Virus record (IMG/VR): IMGVR_UViG_3300037195_000888
Coordinates: 1 to 29,482 of that record
Length of the DNA stretch: 29,482 nt
Reading direction: 5' to 3' (one strand)
DNA from: a virus
Taxonomy: Duplodnaviria > Caudoviricetes
Made by a program: the position numbers and the translations under genes. This document shows positions 16,587 to 26,030 of the stretch, piece by piece. The notes under the pieces are model-generated. The model made no database searches. It was given only the letters and a program-made list of their open reading frames with translations, and had not been told where the DNA came from. Every line of letters begins with the position of its first letter. Within the stretch, counting starts at the first letter, position 1.

Positions 16587-16849
16587 TATGCAACCTCCTT
16601 AATAAACTCAATAGAATTTTTATATTTTACAGCACATTCAACTGCTTTTATTTTAGCATCTTTTAATTTATTAATTGAATCATTTAAATCAAATCTGCCC
16701 CTTACATCTGCATTTTTAATATCATAATAATCAATAAAATATTGATTAGAATATTCATAACGATTAACACCAATATTGAGAGTGCCAACAATAATTCTAC
16801 TTTCATATCGGCTTCTGTTATACCATTTATTTTCTTTTTGATTTTTCAT
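16586..16849 (-). CDS. Hypothetical protein, first gene of the early block
   Basis: Start reassigned to MKNQKENKWY with AAGGAG SD. Confidence 0.7.
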   Translation of the reverse strand: MKNQKENKWYNRSRYESRIIVGTLNIGVNRYEYSNQYFIDYYDIKNADVRGRFDLNDSINKLKDAKIKAVECAVKYKNSIEFIKEVA

Positions 16850-16891
16850 TGCTCTTAAACTCCTTTTATTTATTATTAATTTGCACACCTA

Positions 16892-16921
16892 AATATAAGG
16901 CTATATACTAATACTATGCAA
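16892..16921 (-). promoter_or_regulatory. Candidate sigma70-type early promoter
   Basis: TTGCAT-N18-TATATT directly downstream of the terminator and upstream of the first early gene. Confidence 0.5.
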
Positions 16922-16954
16922 CTATTTGTTTACAATAGAGAAGAAATATACAAG

Positions 16955-16985
16955 AAAAAAGGGGTAGGTTGACCAAACCTACCCC
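16955..16985 (-). terminator. Rho-independent terminator ending the tail operon
   Basis: Perfect 10-bp stem GGGGTAGGTT/AACCTACCCC, 5-nt loop, followed by TTTTTT on the minus strand. Confidence 0.9.
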
Positions 16986-17048
16986 CTACTATGCATTATC
17001 AAGGTAACCAGGAGGGAACTTACTACGGGGGAGTTGAGGAGAGAGAAA

Positions 17049-17885
17049 TCACCAAATTTCTTTTATGCGAATCTTACAGGTATAGAGATTTGGTGCCGAT
17101 TGAGAAAATTGAAATGATTTCATATCAAATTTGGCTATTGCAAAATTATCCTGTTTTGGGTTATCGCTATCACTACAAAATATAAATGGAATTTGACCAC
17201 CATTTAGTAAATGGATGCACCTTTGGAATGAATCATCAACAAGCAAAGTGCCTGTTGTTGTTGATCCATCAGTTGTTAATGATGCATCTGTTGGAAATGC
17301 AGAATCAGATGAAAGGAAAGACCAAGACAGATTCCATATTTTTCTGCCTGATTTCGCATGAGCAGCAGTTCCTCCAAGTTCCCATGCACCAAGAGTTCCC
17401 CACTCGGGGACTCCATGATAATATGAATTTGTAAGTGTTGCACCACCCTTTGTAGTAGTTTCCTTGATACCTTCATAGGAATAAGATAATGACAGATTCA
17501 AATCAGGTGAATGAGGGAAATCATAAAAAGTTCCAAGCAGTATTGAACCAGCCTCACCTGTACCACCTTCAAGTGTTATTGCTGTTGGTAATTCATTTAA
17601 TTCTGCAATACTAAATCCACCTATTACACCACTACCAAAATCACCATTAATTACTCCACCACTTTGTACATTTGCATTTATTGTAACATCTGTTAATTGG
17701 TGTCCAAGAATAGCAATATAAGCCTTATTGGCTGGTATCGTAACTGCACTTGCATCAGGTACATCAATTATTGCACTTGGAGAAACTGGAAGTGTATAAA
17801 ATACTGGATCAATAACTGTTCCTGTGGATGCTAACCATTCAGGGATATTGATATATATTCTTGGTTTTGCAACATTCTGTGCCAT
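17049..17885 (-). CDS. Tail protein, possibly distal-tail (Dit)-like
   Basis: GRKIWNLSWSFL...IPFIF...YTCKIRIKEIW pattern; last gene of the tail operon. Confidence 0.5.
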   Translation of the reverse strand: MAQNVAKPRIYINIPEWLASTGTVIDPVFYTLPVSPSAIIDVPDASAVTIPANKAYIAILGHQLTDVTINANVQSGGVINGDFGSGVIGGFSIAELNELPTAITLEGGTGEAGSILLGTFYDFPHSPDLNLSLSYSYEGIKETTTKGGATLTNSYYHGVPEWGTLGAWELGGTAAHAKSGRKIWNLSWSFLSSDSAFPTDASLTTDGSTTTGTLLVDDSFQRCIHLLNGGQIPFIFCSDSDNPKQDNFAIAKFDMKSFQFSQSAPNLYTCKIRIKEIW

Positions 17886-18553
17886 TAATAACCCCCTGTT
17901 CCTGAAGTTGTTTTAGTAGTTCTTTTAATTTTCCTACCCCTGCTTCTTCTTGTATTTACTCTTAAAGTAAAACTTGGATTTTTTGTAGGAGTTAATTTAT
18001 CATCACCAACCTTTTTATAATATAAATCTTTTGAATTTTCATCATGTTCACCACCTGTCATAGCATTATTGTCTTTTAAATGAACATGGAAACTCCCACC
18101 ATAAGATTCACCTGATGCCAAATATAAATCTATATCCTGACTTGCAGTATTCAGGTTTGGAATTATCTGTTTATCTAAAGTAGTTTTGCTCGGTCTTATA
18201 CCTGATAAATGTCCTGCTGATAAATCTTCACTATTGATAGTCATATCTTCAGAATTTGATGTCAATAGTTCTGAATAATCCATAACCCTATGTATCGAAG
18301 TTGATACTTTCTGTGCATTATTATCTGCTACCATAACTGATATTATTTTAATTTCACCAACATAATCAAATAAATTATTCAGAAATCCTTCACCAATAGG
18401 GAATACCATAATCCTATTACCATAATGAGTTATTGCAAATGAGTCAGAGGTATTATCAGTTATAGTAATTGCACCCCTATATGTAATATCAACACCCCTG
18501 ACATCAGAGCCTTCAATACTACAATTTCCATTTCCGTAATAAAGTTTAGCCAT
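17885..18553 (-). CDS. Tail-associated protein with cohesin-like N-terminal beta-sandwich and His-containing C-terminal motif
   Basis: All-beta N-terminal ~90 aa; YGGSFHVH...MTGGEH...LY; Arg-rich tail. Confidence 0.45.
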   Translation of the reverse strand: MAKLYYGNGNCSIEGSDVRGVDITYRGAITITDNTSDSFAITHYGNRIMVFPIGEGFLNNLFDYVGEIKIISVMVADNNAQKVSTSIHRVMDYSELLTSNSEDMTINSEDLSAGHLSGIRPSKTTLDKQIIPNLNTASQDIDLYLASGESYGGSFHVHLKDNNAMTGGEHDENSKDLYYKKVGDDKLTPTKNPSFTLRVNTRRSRGRKIKRTTKTTSGTGGY

Positions 18554-18555
18554 GT

Positions 18556-21500
18556 CTAACTATATTCTTCACAACTATTAGTAATAACACATGTTGCAAG
18601 TGCAACAATATCAAGGATATTATAAGCATCATCACCATTCAAATCACCAGCAGGTGGGTTATATTGTGGTTCAGTACAATTATTTGCAAGGACACAATTA
18701 TTAAGTGCAACAATATCAAGGATATTATAAGCACCATCATCATTCATATCACCAGCAGTATAATATTCCCTAAATTCTATCTCTATTGGTATAATATGCA
18801 CATAGTTGTATTCTATTATTTCACTTCCCCATTCATCATAAGCATCAATTTCTATCTTTGCAGAAATTATAAATGTATCCCCATACTCAAAATCATCAGG
18901 ATTCCATGTAAATATTGGAACATTATCCAACCCATCCAAAAATCGTAACTCATGCAAATCATTGCCTTGCTCTATTACATCCCCTTCAACTGCACTTACT
19001 CCCCATTGTAAATTAATGTTGGGATTATCGGCAGTCAATGTAACTCTTGTACCTGTTGGTATTATCCTCAACCCTTGCTGATTGTAAATCTCTGCTACCT
19101 TCAGATGAAAAAATGACATACTATAAATACCATCTTCCAATACTGGTTTTTCATGAATTATTTTACATGGTGAAGTATCAAATTGGAATACTCCACTACT
19201 TGTATAACCAAAAAGATATTGGGTATTTACATGGAATGGAGGAGGATCAAAATTACAACTGCAATTTATAAGACATTCACCAAATTCATGCCATACTGCA
19301 CCTGATGATACACAATCTTCTTCATTATTATATTGTGTATTTGAACATATTGGTACATTGAAAAAACCTTCAGGAGGACAATCTTCATATGAACAGGCTA
19401 AACTTCCATTCCAACATTCAATCTGACTTTGATTTAAACCACCACATACACCACAGGTATCCAAAATAGCACTACCACCACAAACACCTTCACAATCTTC
19501 TACACTACCATCAGGACACTCTTCACAATCTGCCACATCATCTACTGATCCACCACAAGTTCCACAAACATCTTCAACAACACTACCATCACATTCACCA
19601 GTACAATCATAAGTTCCTGTAGGACAACCTGCAACCTCTAATTTGTGCAGTTGCAATGCTTCAATCTCTATATGGGTTAATAGTTTATTTGTAGATACAA
19701 CTATAAACTTTGGATATATTGTTTGACCATTTAAAGTATCTGTAGAATTTTTTGCATATTTTTTACCATAAGGTAATATTCCTCCAAGATGTTTATCAAA
19801 TTCTATTATATCCCCTATTTCAATATTCATATATTTCAGGGGAAGTTTAACTTTCATTTTCAGATGCTGATTGCAATTCCAAGATAACAGCCAGTATGCA
19901 AACTTTTCAGCAGTAGCAGGATCACGAATATATTTACCTTGCACCCCATCTACAACTAAAGTGCTTTCACTATGATCAGGACTAATTCCATAATAAGTAA
20001 ATAATTCTGATGTCAAATCATCTGTCCATAAATCTATTATATCTACCCTTATTGGTTCTGCACCAAATTCATTTCTTGCATAATCCCATTTATATTTAAA
20101 CTCTATTTTCGTCTTTATATCTTCTATTTTAGTTCGGCTGAAACTAAAATCAATTACATCAACTTCCTTAATAGTTTCATTTCCATTAAGATCAGTAGAT
20201 AGATTTCCACCATCTGTTGGAATAACATCAAATTTGAAACTACCCATATTATCAAATCTTGGGATATAGGGTGATGCAGAAGCAATACCCTCAATTAATT
20301 TCTTTGAGTTAATCTTCTTATCGACTGTGAAAGCATATTTCCAAGCTGCTTCATAATTACTTGCCCCCCAATATGGATCAGGGCTTGGGTTTGCTGTAGC
20401 TATATCGGGGTTAAGTTCGGCAATAATAAGTCTAATGATTTGAGGACTATCTTGGACTAAATAACCATTTGCATTTTTCCTTCCTCTTACATTGGCATAG
20501 AATTTGTTATTTATTGGATTTTTAATTATTACTTTTTGTAATATTTTTAAATCATATAAATTAATAGTTTGATTACCAATGGTTGTAACTCCCAAACCAG
20601 CACCTGTACCAAATGGGGCATTTTCAAAAGTTATTCGGTTGAATTTATTTACACTATCCCAAATTGTATTTCCCTTATAGGAATTAAGCAAATTGTCAGC
20701 ATCCTTTAATCTAAATATCTCCCAAATATCATCATCCGTTAAATCTATATTTGCTGTATTTATGGCAAGTGAATAACCATTATTATAACCATAAGGATTT
20801 ACTATACTTGAAAAGCCAACATGATTTAGCACATCAACTGCATTTAATGTTGCCCTATTTATCGGATTACCATCTTCATCCACTTCTGATGAATTTGAAG
20901 CATATAAAAACGGATAATGAGAATACTGTGCAGATATATACACATTAGTCAATACATAAGACTTGCAAGCCAATATATTATTATCTTCAATATCTTCAAT
21001 ATGAAGGGTGGTTCGGACAAAATCATAATTAGAAGATTCTCTATTTATGGTTGCTGAAGAACTATTTGATTTATCTATAACATTTGACAGATTAGTAAAA
21101 TATTCAGCAGTTAAATATGACTGTATTAGTGGGTATAATGGGTCATCTGGGTCATAAGTATAGCTTGATTCTGCTACTAATGTTGGATATCTTATAATCC
21201 AACCCTCAATAATGCCAAGCCCCAAGTTGCTTGTAATATTGTAATCTATTGCATTTTCATCCTGTACAGTAACATTTTGCATTTCTGCATAATTATTAAT
21301 AGTGGTGTATTGCAACCCCCCTATGCTATCAAAAGCCATATCATCGAAATCACCAGCAGAAAAATCTGTTGTACCTTCTTCTGCTATACCTATATAACCT
21401 CCATTGAAAATATATAATTTTGCATCACCTTCTATTGCATATTGATTTAATGTTGAACCTCCAAATACAGAATCGGAATTATCACTATCTATCAATATTC

Positions 21501-22056
21501 TAAAATAATCTCCTAATGTTGTTTTTGATAATACTGTCGGACTTCTATTAACATGACCATAAACCATCGGTATTTTTTTACCCCGATGCTTGGGTGGCAC
21601 ATCATCACCAAAGCCCAATTCAGCAGTTGGCAAATCCTTATGAAGTGTTGCCTGACTTCTATCTTCCACAACAATTTTCACTTTTTCATCATCGTGATCA
21701 TATTTTCTAACCTTGCCACTATATATATGTAAAGCACCAGTATCTATGGTGGTAGATGGTGAAACCCAATAGATATCAACATTTACATTCATAAGTGAAG
21801 TATTAAATAATTCAGTAAATCTTTTACCCTCATAAGTTTTGTAATTACTAATGTCTAAACTGACTGAACTGATAGTATATTTTCTAGTAATTACATCAAT
21901 GGATTCCTTCAGGCTTGGAACATTTAATAATAGTGGAAGATAATCAACAGATGAATTAGTTGAAATATAAAGATTGCCAATTTTTACAACAGGAATGAGT
22001 GCAGTATTTCTGCTCTGAATATCAGATAAAAATTCAGTTGATAGCGAAATTGCCAT
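18556..22056 (-). CDS. Tail tip/hub protein with Cys-rich repeats and C-terminal dockerin
   Basis: 1166 aa downstream of the tape measure; KKIPMVYG; IEIGDIIEF; DCxGxCxG repeats; duplicated GDxNxDxxYNILDIVAL. Confidence 0.8.
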   Translation of the reverse strand: MAISLSTEFLSDIQSRNTALIPVVKIGNLYISTNSSVDYLPLLLNVPSLKESIDVITRKYTISSVSLDISNYKTYEGKRFTELFNTSLMNVNVDIYWVSPSTTIDTGALHIYSGKVRKYDHDDEKVKIVVEDRSQATLHKDLPTAELGFGDDVPPKHRGKKIPMVYGHVNRSPTVLSKTTLGDYFRILIDSDNSDSVFGGSTLNQYAIEGDAKLYIFNGGYIGIAEEGTTDFSAGDFDDMAFDSIGGLQYTTINNYAEMQNVTVQDENAIDYNITSNLGLGIIEGWIIRYPTLVAESSYTYDPDDPLYPLIQSYLTAEYFTNLSNVIDKSNSSSATINRESSNYDFVRTTLHIEDIEDNNILACKSYVLTNVYISAQYSHYPFLYASNSSEVDEDGNPINRATLNAVDVLNHVGFSSIVNPYGYNNGYSLAINTANIDLTDDDIWEIFRLKDADNLLNSYKGNTIWDSVNKFNRITFENAPFGTGAGLGVTTIGNQTINLYDLKILQKVIIKNPINNKFYANVRGRKNANGYLVQDSPQIIRLIIAELNPDIATANPSPDPYWGASNYEAAWKYAFTVDKKINSKKLIEGIASASPYIPRFDNMGSFKFDVIPTDGGNLSTDLNGNETIKEVDVIDFSFSRTKIEDIKTKIEFKYKWDYARNEFGAEPIRVDIIDLWTDDLTSELFTYYGISPDHSESTLVVDGVQGKYIRDPATAEKFAYWLLSWNCNQHLKMKVKLPLKYMNIEIGDIIEFDKHLGGILPYGKKYAKNSTDTLNGQTIYPKFIVVSTNKLLTHIEIEALQLHKLEVAGCPTGTYDCTGECDGSVVEDVCGTCGGSVDDVADCEECPDGSVEDCEGVCGGSAILDTCGVCGGLNQSQIECWNGSLACSYEDCPPEGFFNVPICSNTQYNNEEDCVSSGAVWHEFGECLINCSCNFDPPPFHVNTQYLFGYTSSGVFQFDTSPCKIIHEKPVLEDGIYSMSFFHLKVAEIYNQQGLRIIPTGTRVTLTADNPNINLQWGVSAVEGDVIEQGNDLHELRFLDGLDNVPIFTWNPDDFEYGDTFIISAKIEIDAYDEWGSEIIEYNYVHIIPIEIEFREYYTAGDMNDDGAYNILDIVALNNCVLANNCTEPQYNPPAGDLNGDDAYNILDIVALATCVITNSCEEYS
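18598..18758 (-). repeat. Dockerin duplicated segment (18598..18653 and 18703..18758)
   Basis: 53/56 identical nt, 105-bp period. Confidence 0.9.
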
Positions 22057-22321
22057 CTACAATCCTCTCTGTATGCTTTCCCCATTTACCGATAGGACAA
22101 TAAGAATGAGCCAATTTATATTTCCCTAACATCGGACATTTACATTGTGAGCAAGTCAATGAATCTGTTAAAAATTCACAACTTGAACATAAATCCCATC
22201 TCATTTTTAAAATATCATCATCATATAATCTATTATTTTTAACAGAGGGTGGTGCAGTTCTCATATCAATATCATTATGGGTGGCAACATATTCATCTGC
22301 TTCTAATCTTGCCTGTGCCAT
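22034..22321 (-). CDS. Small Cys-rich protein (DUF6171-like)
   Basis: RWDLCSSC...CSQCKCPM..K......CPIGKW; start reassigned to MAQARL. Confidence 0.65.
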   Translation of the reverse strand: MAQARLEADEYVATHNDIDMRTAPPSVKNNRLYDDDILKMRWDLCSSCEFLTDSLTCSQCKCPMLGKYKLAHSYCPIGKWGKHTERIVDGNFAIN

Positions 22322-22406
22322 AACTAATTTTCTGCCTATTACAATATTAACTGCCAATATCCATTCTACAAATAAAAGTTTATTAGTAAATACTTGGAAT
22401 AATTGC

Positions 22407-24116
22407 TTAACCTGTTGCATTTAGAATTTCCCCTCTCCTGACAGCCTCATTTATGGCTGGAATGATATGATCTACAACACTCTCATCAACAAGTGGTGCA
22501 GATATGTTCAGGGTTATATTAGAACCTGCTGGTGCATTAGGTGCTGGATCACCCCCAAGTGGAGTAATTTGTACATGTTCTCTGCCTGAAGGATTATCAC
22601 CCACCATAATCATTTGTTTGCCATTGGTTACAAAATCACCACCAGTAGCAAATTTTTGTGCTTCTATTTGTGCAACATTTGCCAAACCAGCAGCAATTAC
22701 TCCAGCCATAGCAACAAAATTCCACGGGGGTGGTGCTGATGCTAAAGCCTTATTTCCAGCTGCCCATGTATCTATAACAGCCTGACTCTGTGCTAATCTC
22801 TTGGCAACTAAAGCACCCTGCTTATGTTGTCCAGCCAATTTAGACAAACCACCTGCCAATACTGAAGAAGATTTCAATTTTTGATCTAATGTAGCCTTAT
22901 CTGTCTTTTTTTCTAATTTAGATAATTCAATTAATTCTTTTTTCTTTTCTGCCTCATCAATTAAAAACTGTATTGCTTCTGCCCTTGCAGTATTATCATT
23001 TATAGTTACAAGGGTTGTTTCTTCTTGCATTTGTTTAAATTCTTCTAAATTGAAAGTCCCATCTACTATACTTTGCATTAAATCACCATATTGCTGATTT
23101 GAAATAAGCATATTTTCATTCCATTCCATCATTGAATCACCCGACATATCAATGGACATAGCAAAATCTTTACTAAAATCTATTGCCTGATTCCCTGTTG
23201 ATGTTAGTCCTGCAAGTTCTGACCTTAATTTTTCCTGCTCTGAATTGAGTTCCCTCGTTTTATTTGCCAACCATTCTTCATTATCAGCATTTTCTTTTAA
23301 TAATCTATTGAACCCTGTCAATGTTGAGGCAGTTCCTGTAAATTCATTATTTACACCCGATACAACATCCATTACAGCAGAAGCCTTTTCAGCAACCCAA
23401 CCCAATGCTTCTGCAAAAGGCACTACAAGTGGTGTTAGTAAATTACCAAATGCTGTAAGAGATTCTAAAAGAGCAGTATTCATCTGTGCAATGCTATCTT
23501 TAGTAGTCAGTTGTTCATCGCCTAATTGAGCAACAAGGAAATTAGCCTCTTCCATTGCAGCATTTACAAATGCTGTTTTCCTTTCTGCATCTGTCATGGC
23601 AGAAACAGCCATATTATTAGCTTCAGCAAAATCTTTATATGATTTATTAGTATCTACCATAATACCCAGATTATCAAGCATCAATTTAGATTGCCTACCC
23701 ATACCAGTTACAAGAGAATCAATAGATTGAACAGTATCAATTCCCAGAGATTGTCCAAGCCTTTGAGCAACATCAAACATTCGAGCCATCTGATCTTCAC
23801 TATCAGTAATGCCAAGCAACATAGCATTGTTTGCCTTTTGCATTAATGTAAGATTATCTATTGTTCCATCAGTTGCTTTTTTAAAATTATCAAATGCTTT
23901 TGCTGAAAACCCTGATGCCTTTGCAAGGTTATCAAAACCCCTGCTTATTCCTTCTATTTGTGATGACCTGACAATAGCCTTTCTCATTGTTTCCATAGCA
24001 ACACCTGCAACAGCAGCAGATGCAATCATCCTCTTCATTGAGCCAGTTAATGCACCAATATTATTAGCAGCCTTTTTAGCACCTTTCTCTTTTACATTTA
24101 TGAAAAAATTAGGCAT
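22407..24116 (-). CDS. Tail tape measure protein
   Basis: 569 aa, Ala-rich helical; LMLDNLGI; FATGG...VGDNPSGRE C-terminal motif; follows the chaperones. Confidence 0.9.
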   Translation of the reverse strand: MPNFFINVKEKGAKKAANNIGALTGSMKRMIASAAVAGVAMETMRKAIVRSSQIEGISRGFDNLAKASGFSAKAFDNFKKATDGTIDNLTLMQKANNAMLLGITDSEDQMARMFDVAQRLGQSLGIDTVQSIDSLVTGMGRQSKLMLDNLGIMVDTNKSYKDFAEANNMAVSAMTDAERKTAFVNAAMEEANFLVAQLGDEQLTTKDSIAQMNTALLESLTAFGNLLTPLVVPFAEALGWVAEKASAVMDVVSGVNNEFTGTASTLTGFNRLLKENADNEEWLANKTRELNSEQEKLRSELAGLTSTGNQAIDFSKDFAMSIDMSGDSMMEWNENMLISNQQYGDLMQSIVDGTFNLEEFKQMQEETTLVTINDNTARAEAIQFLIDEAEKKKELIELSKLEKKTDKATLDQKLKSSSVLAGGLSKLAGQHKQGALVAKRLAQSQAVIDTWAAGNKALASAPPPWNFVAMAGVIAAGLANVAQIEAQKFATGGDFVTNGKQMIMVGDNPSGREHVQITPLGGDPAPNAPAGSNITLNISAPLVDESVVDHIIPAINEAVRRGEILNATG

Positions 24117-24534
24117 CTTGTTTCTCCTGTTGCTGTTTCTTTATACAATGATTGTATTCTTCTTCTATAATAAAGAAGTCATCTATTATGTAGGCTGGTG
24201 TTTCTTGTAGGTTGGAACTATATGGACAGGAAAAGGTTTTGCAGAATTGAAACTCCTTGATTCTATTCTGCATATTTGAATCTGTCAGAAGTTCATGGTC
24301 TGCGAAAAAGAATGATTGTGTATATATTGCTTCACCCACTTTGTACCCTTTTGATTCTGCTTCTTCATATAACCTTATAATTTCATCATAGACATCCAAT
24401 ATACTACCAAATTCGGACTTTCTACGAGTAGATGGACATAATGCTACATAAGGGAATGGAACACCTGTAAAAGCACCTTCTTGTAATCCATTGAATGAAA
24501 TCCAAACATTGATACGAAGTAGCAATTCATCTAT
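24109..24534 (-). CDS. Tail assembly chaperone, gpT-like segment (reached by -1 frameshift)
   Basis: No good ATG/SD; in the -1 frame relative to the upstream gene and open back through the A9 run. Confidence 0.75.
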   Translation of the reverse strand: MDELLLRINVWISFNGLQEGAFTGVPFPYVALCPSTRRKSEFGSILDVYDEIIRLYEEAESKGYKVGEAIYTQSFFFADHELLTDSNMQNRIKEFQFCKTFSCPYSSNLQETPAYIIDDFFIIEEEYNHCIKKQQQEKQDA

Positions 24535-24800
24535 TTTTTTTTATTCGCAACTTCAAAGATTGTATTTGCTATGGCAATTATCTCATCAGTTGAATATTTA
24601 TTAAGTTCACTTTCTTTCAGATCAGTATATTTTAAAACCAAACTACCCCACCATGAAAATGATGGCATACTACCATTGGAATTTTCCTTAATCATCATAT
24701 CATTCAGTTCACATCTCATCTTCCAGTTAATATCTTTGATAGAAATCTCAAAGGCTTTGAAATCCTGTTCTTCAGTTGGTTTTATTTTTATATCAGCCAT
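24531..24800 (-). CDS. Tail assembly chaperone, gpG-like
   Basis: Between tail tube and tape measure; ends AAT AAA AAA AAA TAG. Confidence 0.8.
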   Translation of the reverse strand: MADIKIKPTEEQDFKAFEISIKDINWKMRCELNDMMIKENSNGSMPSFSWWGSLVLKYTDLKESELNKYSTDEIIAIANTIFEVANKKK

Positions 24801-24801
24801 A

Positions 24802-25824
24802 TTATGATATTGTTATGCTTATAATGTTAGCAGAAGTAGATGCTGCAAATGCTCTGAATGGGATTGTATGTGTTAAAAAACTTCCACCATTATCTAAAGT
24901 AGCATTATCTATCATAACAGTAGGACAAGATATAGTAAGACCTGTACCTGCAATACTTAATGCGACACCAGTTGAATTACCTTGCATACCAGCTACATTA
25001 TCATAAGTATAATCATCAGCCTTAACATTTAAAGAACCTGTTACTTCCCATGCCCCTGTTTGAGAATAGGCAAATGGTAGATAACTACTATAATCCTGTG
25101 ATCCAACTCTTTCAAGTGATCTTGATATAGTAATTTCCCAAGAAGTAGGCACATAATCCTTTGAATTTAAAGTAACTGCAGCATTAGTTAAATCAAATAT
25201 GCTTTTCACAGCATTTGAAGAATCTATGGTAATATTAGATGCTACTGCATTTGCTTCCTCTACTGGTGGATAAGCAGTCCAAAATGTTGAATCACAAGTC
25301 ATTTGTCCTGCATTGGAACCCACATCCTGTTTTATTGTCATTGATTGGATAACTGCACCCCTGACTGTTAAATCTTCTGCTGTTGCATCTGTACCACCAT
25401 TTCTAAATATAATAGTCGCATGATTATTTGATGTTGCACCATGCAACATCTGCATAGAACCTGCTGCTCCATTTCCTATGCCAATAGCAGGAGTAAGTTC
25501 AGCAGCAGAAGCACCATCTCCAAATGCCCACAAACAATTAGATAATATTGCCTGTACAGTCCCGAAAAATGACACATCAAATGTCCAAGTATTTAAATCC
25601 TGCCTATGCCTCATTTGTGTATCTATTTGCCCAGAATGTCCTGAATAATTGGGGGCAACCTCCAATGCTGAACTGTGGTATGGCATTGAATATGATTGAA
25701 TGGGGAAATCGAAGAACGTGTGAGCATCTTCGTGGGCAGTCCCAAGAGCCTGTGTGTTTCCTGTTCCCCTACTAAATATAGGCTTTATTTCTGCTGATGA
25801 TATTGTTTGAGTTGTAACTGCCAT
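24802..25824 (-). CDS. Major tail tube protein
   Basis: 340 aa, beta-rich; WEITISRSLE and EVTGSLNV motifs; canonical position. Confidence 0.75.
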   Translation of the reverse strand: MAVTTQTISSAEIKPIFSRGTGNTQALGTAHEDAHTFFDFPIQSYSMPYHSSALEVAPNYSGHSGQIDTQMRHRQDLNTWTFDVSFFGTVQAILSNCLWAFGDGASAAELTPAIGIGNGAAGSMQMLHGATSNNHATIIFRNGGTDATAEDLTVRGAVIQSMTIKQDVGSNAGQMTCDSTFWTAYPPVEEANAVASNITIDSSNAVKSIFDLTNAAVTLNSKDYVPTSWEITISRSLERVGSQDYSSYLPFAYSQTGAWEVTGSLNVKADDYTYDNVAGMQGNSTGVALSIAGTGLTISCPTVMIDNATLDNGGSFLTHTIPFRAFAASTSANIISITIS

Positions 25825-25827
25825 GAT

Positions 25828-26016
25828 TTATTTCTCCTTTTTTGTAATTTTTTTACCCACTTCTTGCAAATGTGATTTAACCTTTTCAGGTACATCTGAA
25901 AGTTCTAATGTTTCACCAGCAATAAGCCTACCATGTTTGGCAGGTGAGCCAAGTGAACAATAATTTTCCGTATCTTTCAATTCTAAATATGATTTTTTTA
26001 TTTTATACTTTGCCAT
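25828..26016 (-). CDS. Small basic hypothetical protein
   Basis: 62 aa between tail terminator and tube genes. Confidence 0.65.
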   Translation of the reverse strand: MAKYKIKKSYLELKDTENYCSLGSPAKHGRLIAGETLELSDVPEKVKSHLQEVGKKITKKEK

Positions 26017-26030
26017 AATTTAAGTCCTTT

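Noticed and set aside
7454-17476. Other same-strand nested ORFs (7454..7678, 14776..14979, 17276..17476)
   Set aside because: Short, with no convincing SD or protein motif, unlike the nested ORF at 10071..10565.
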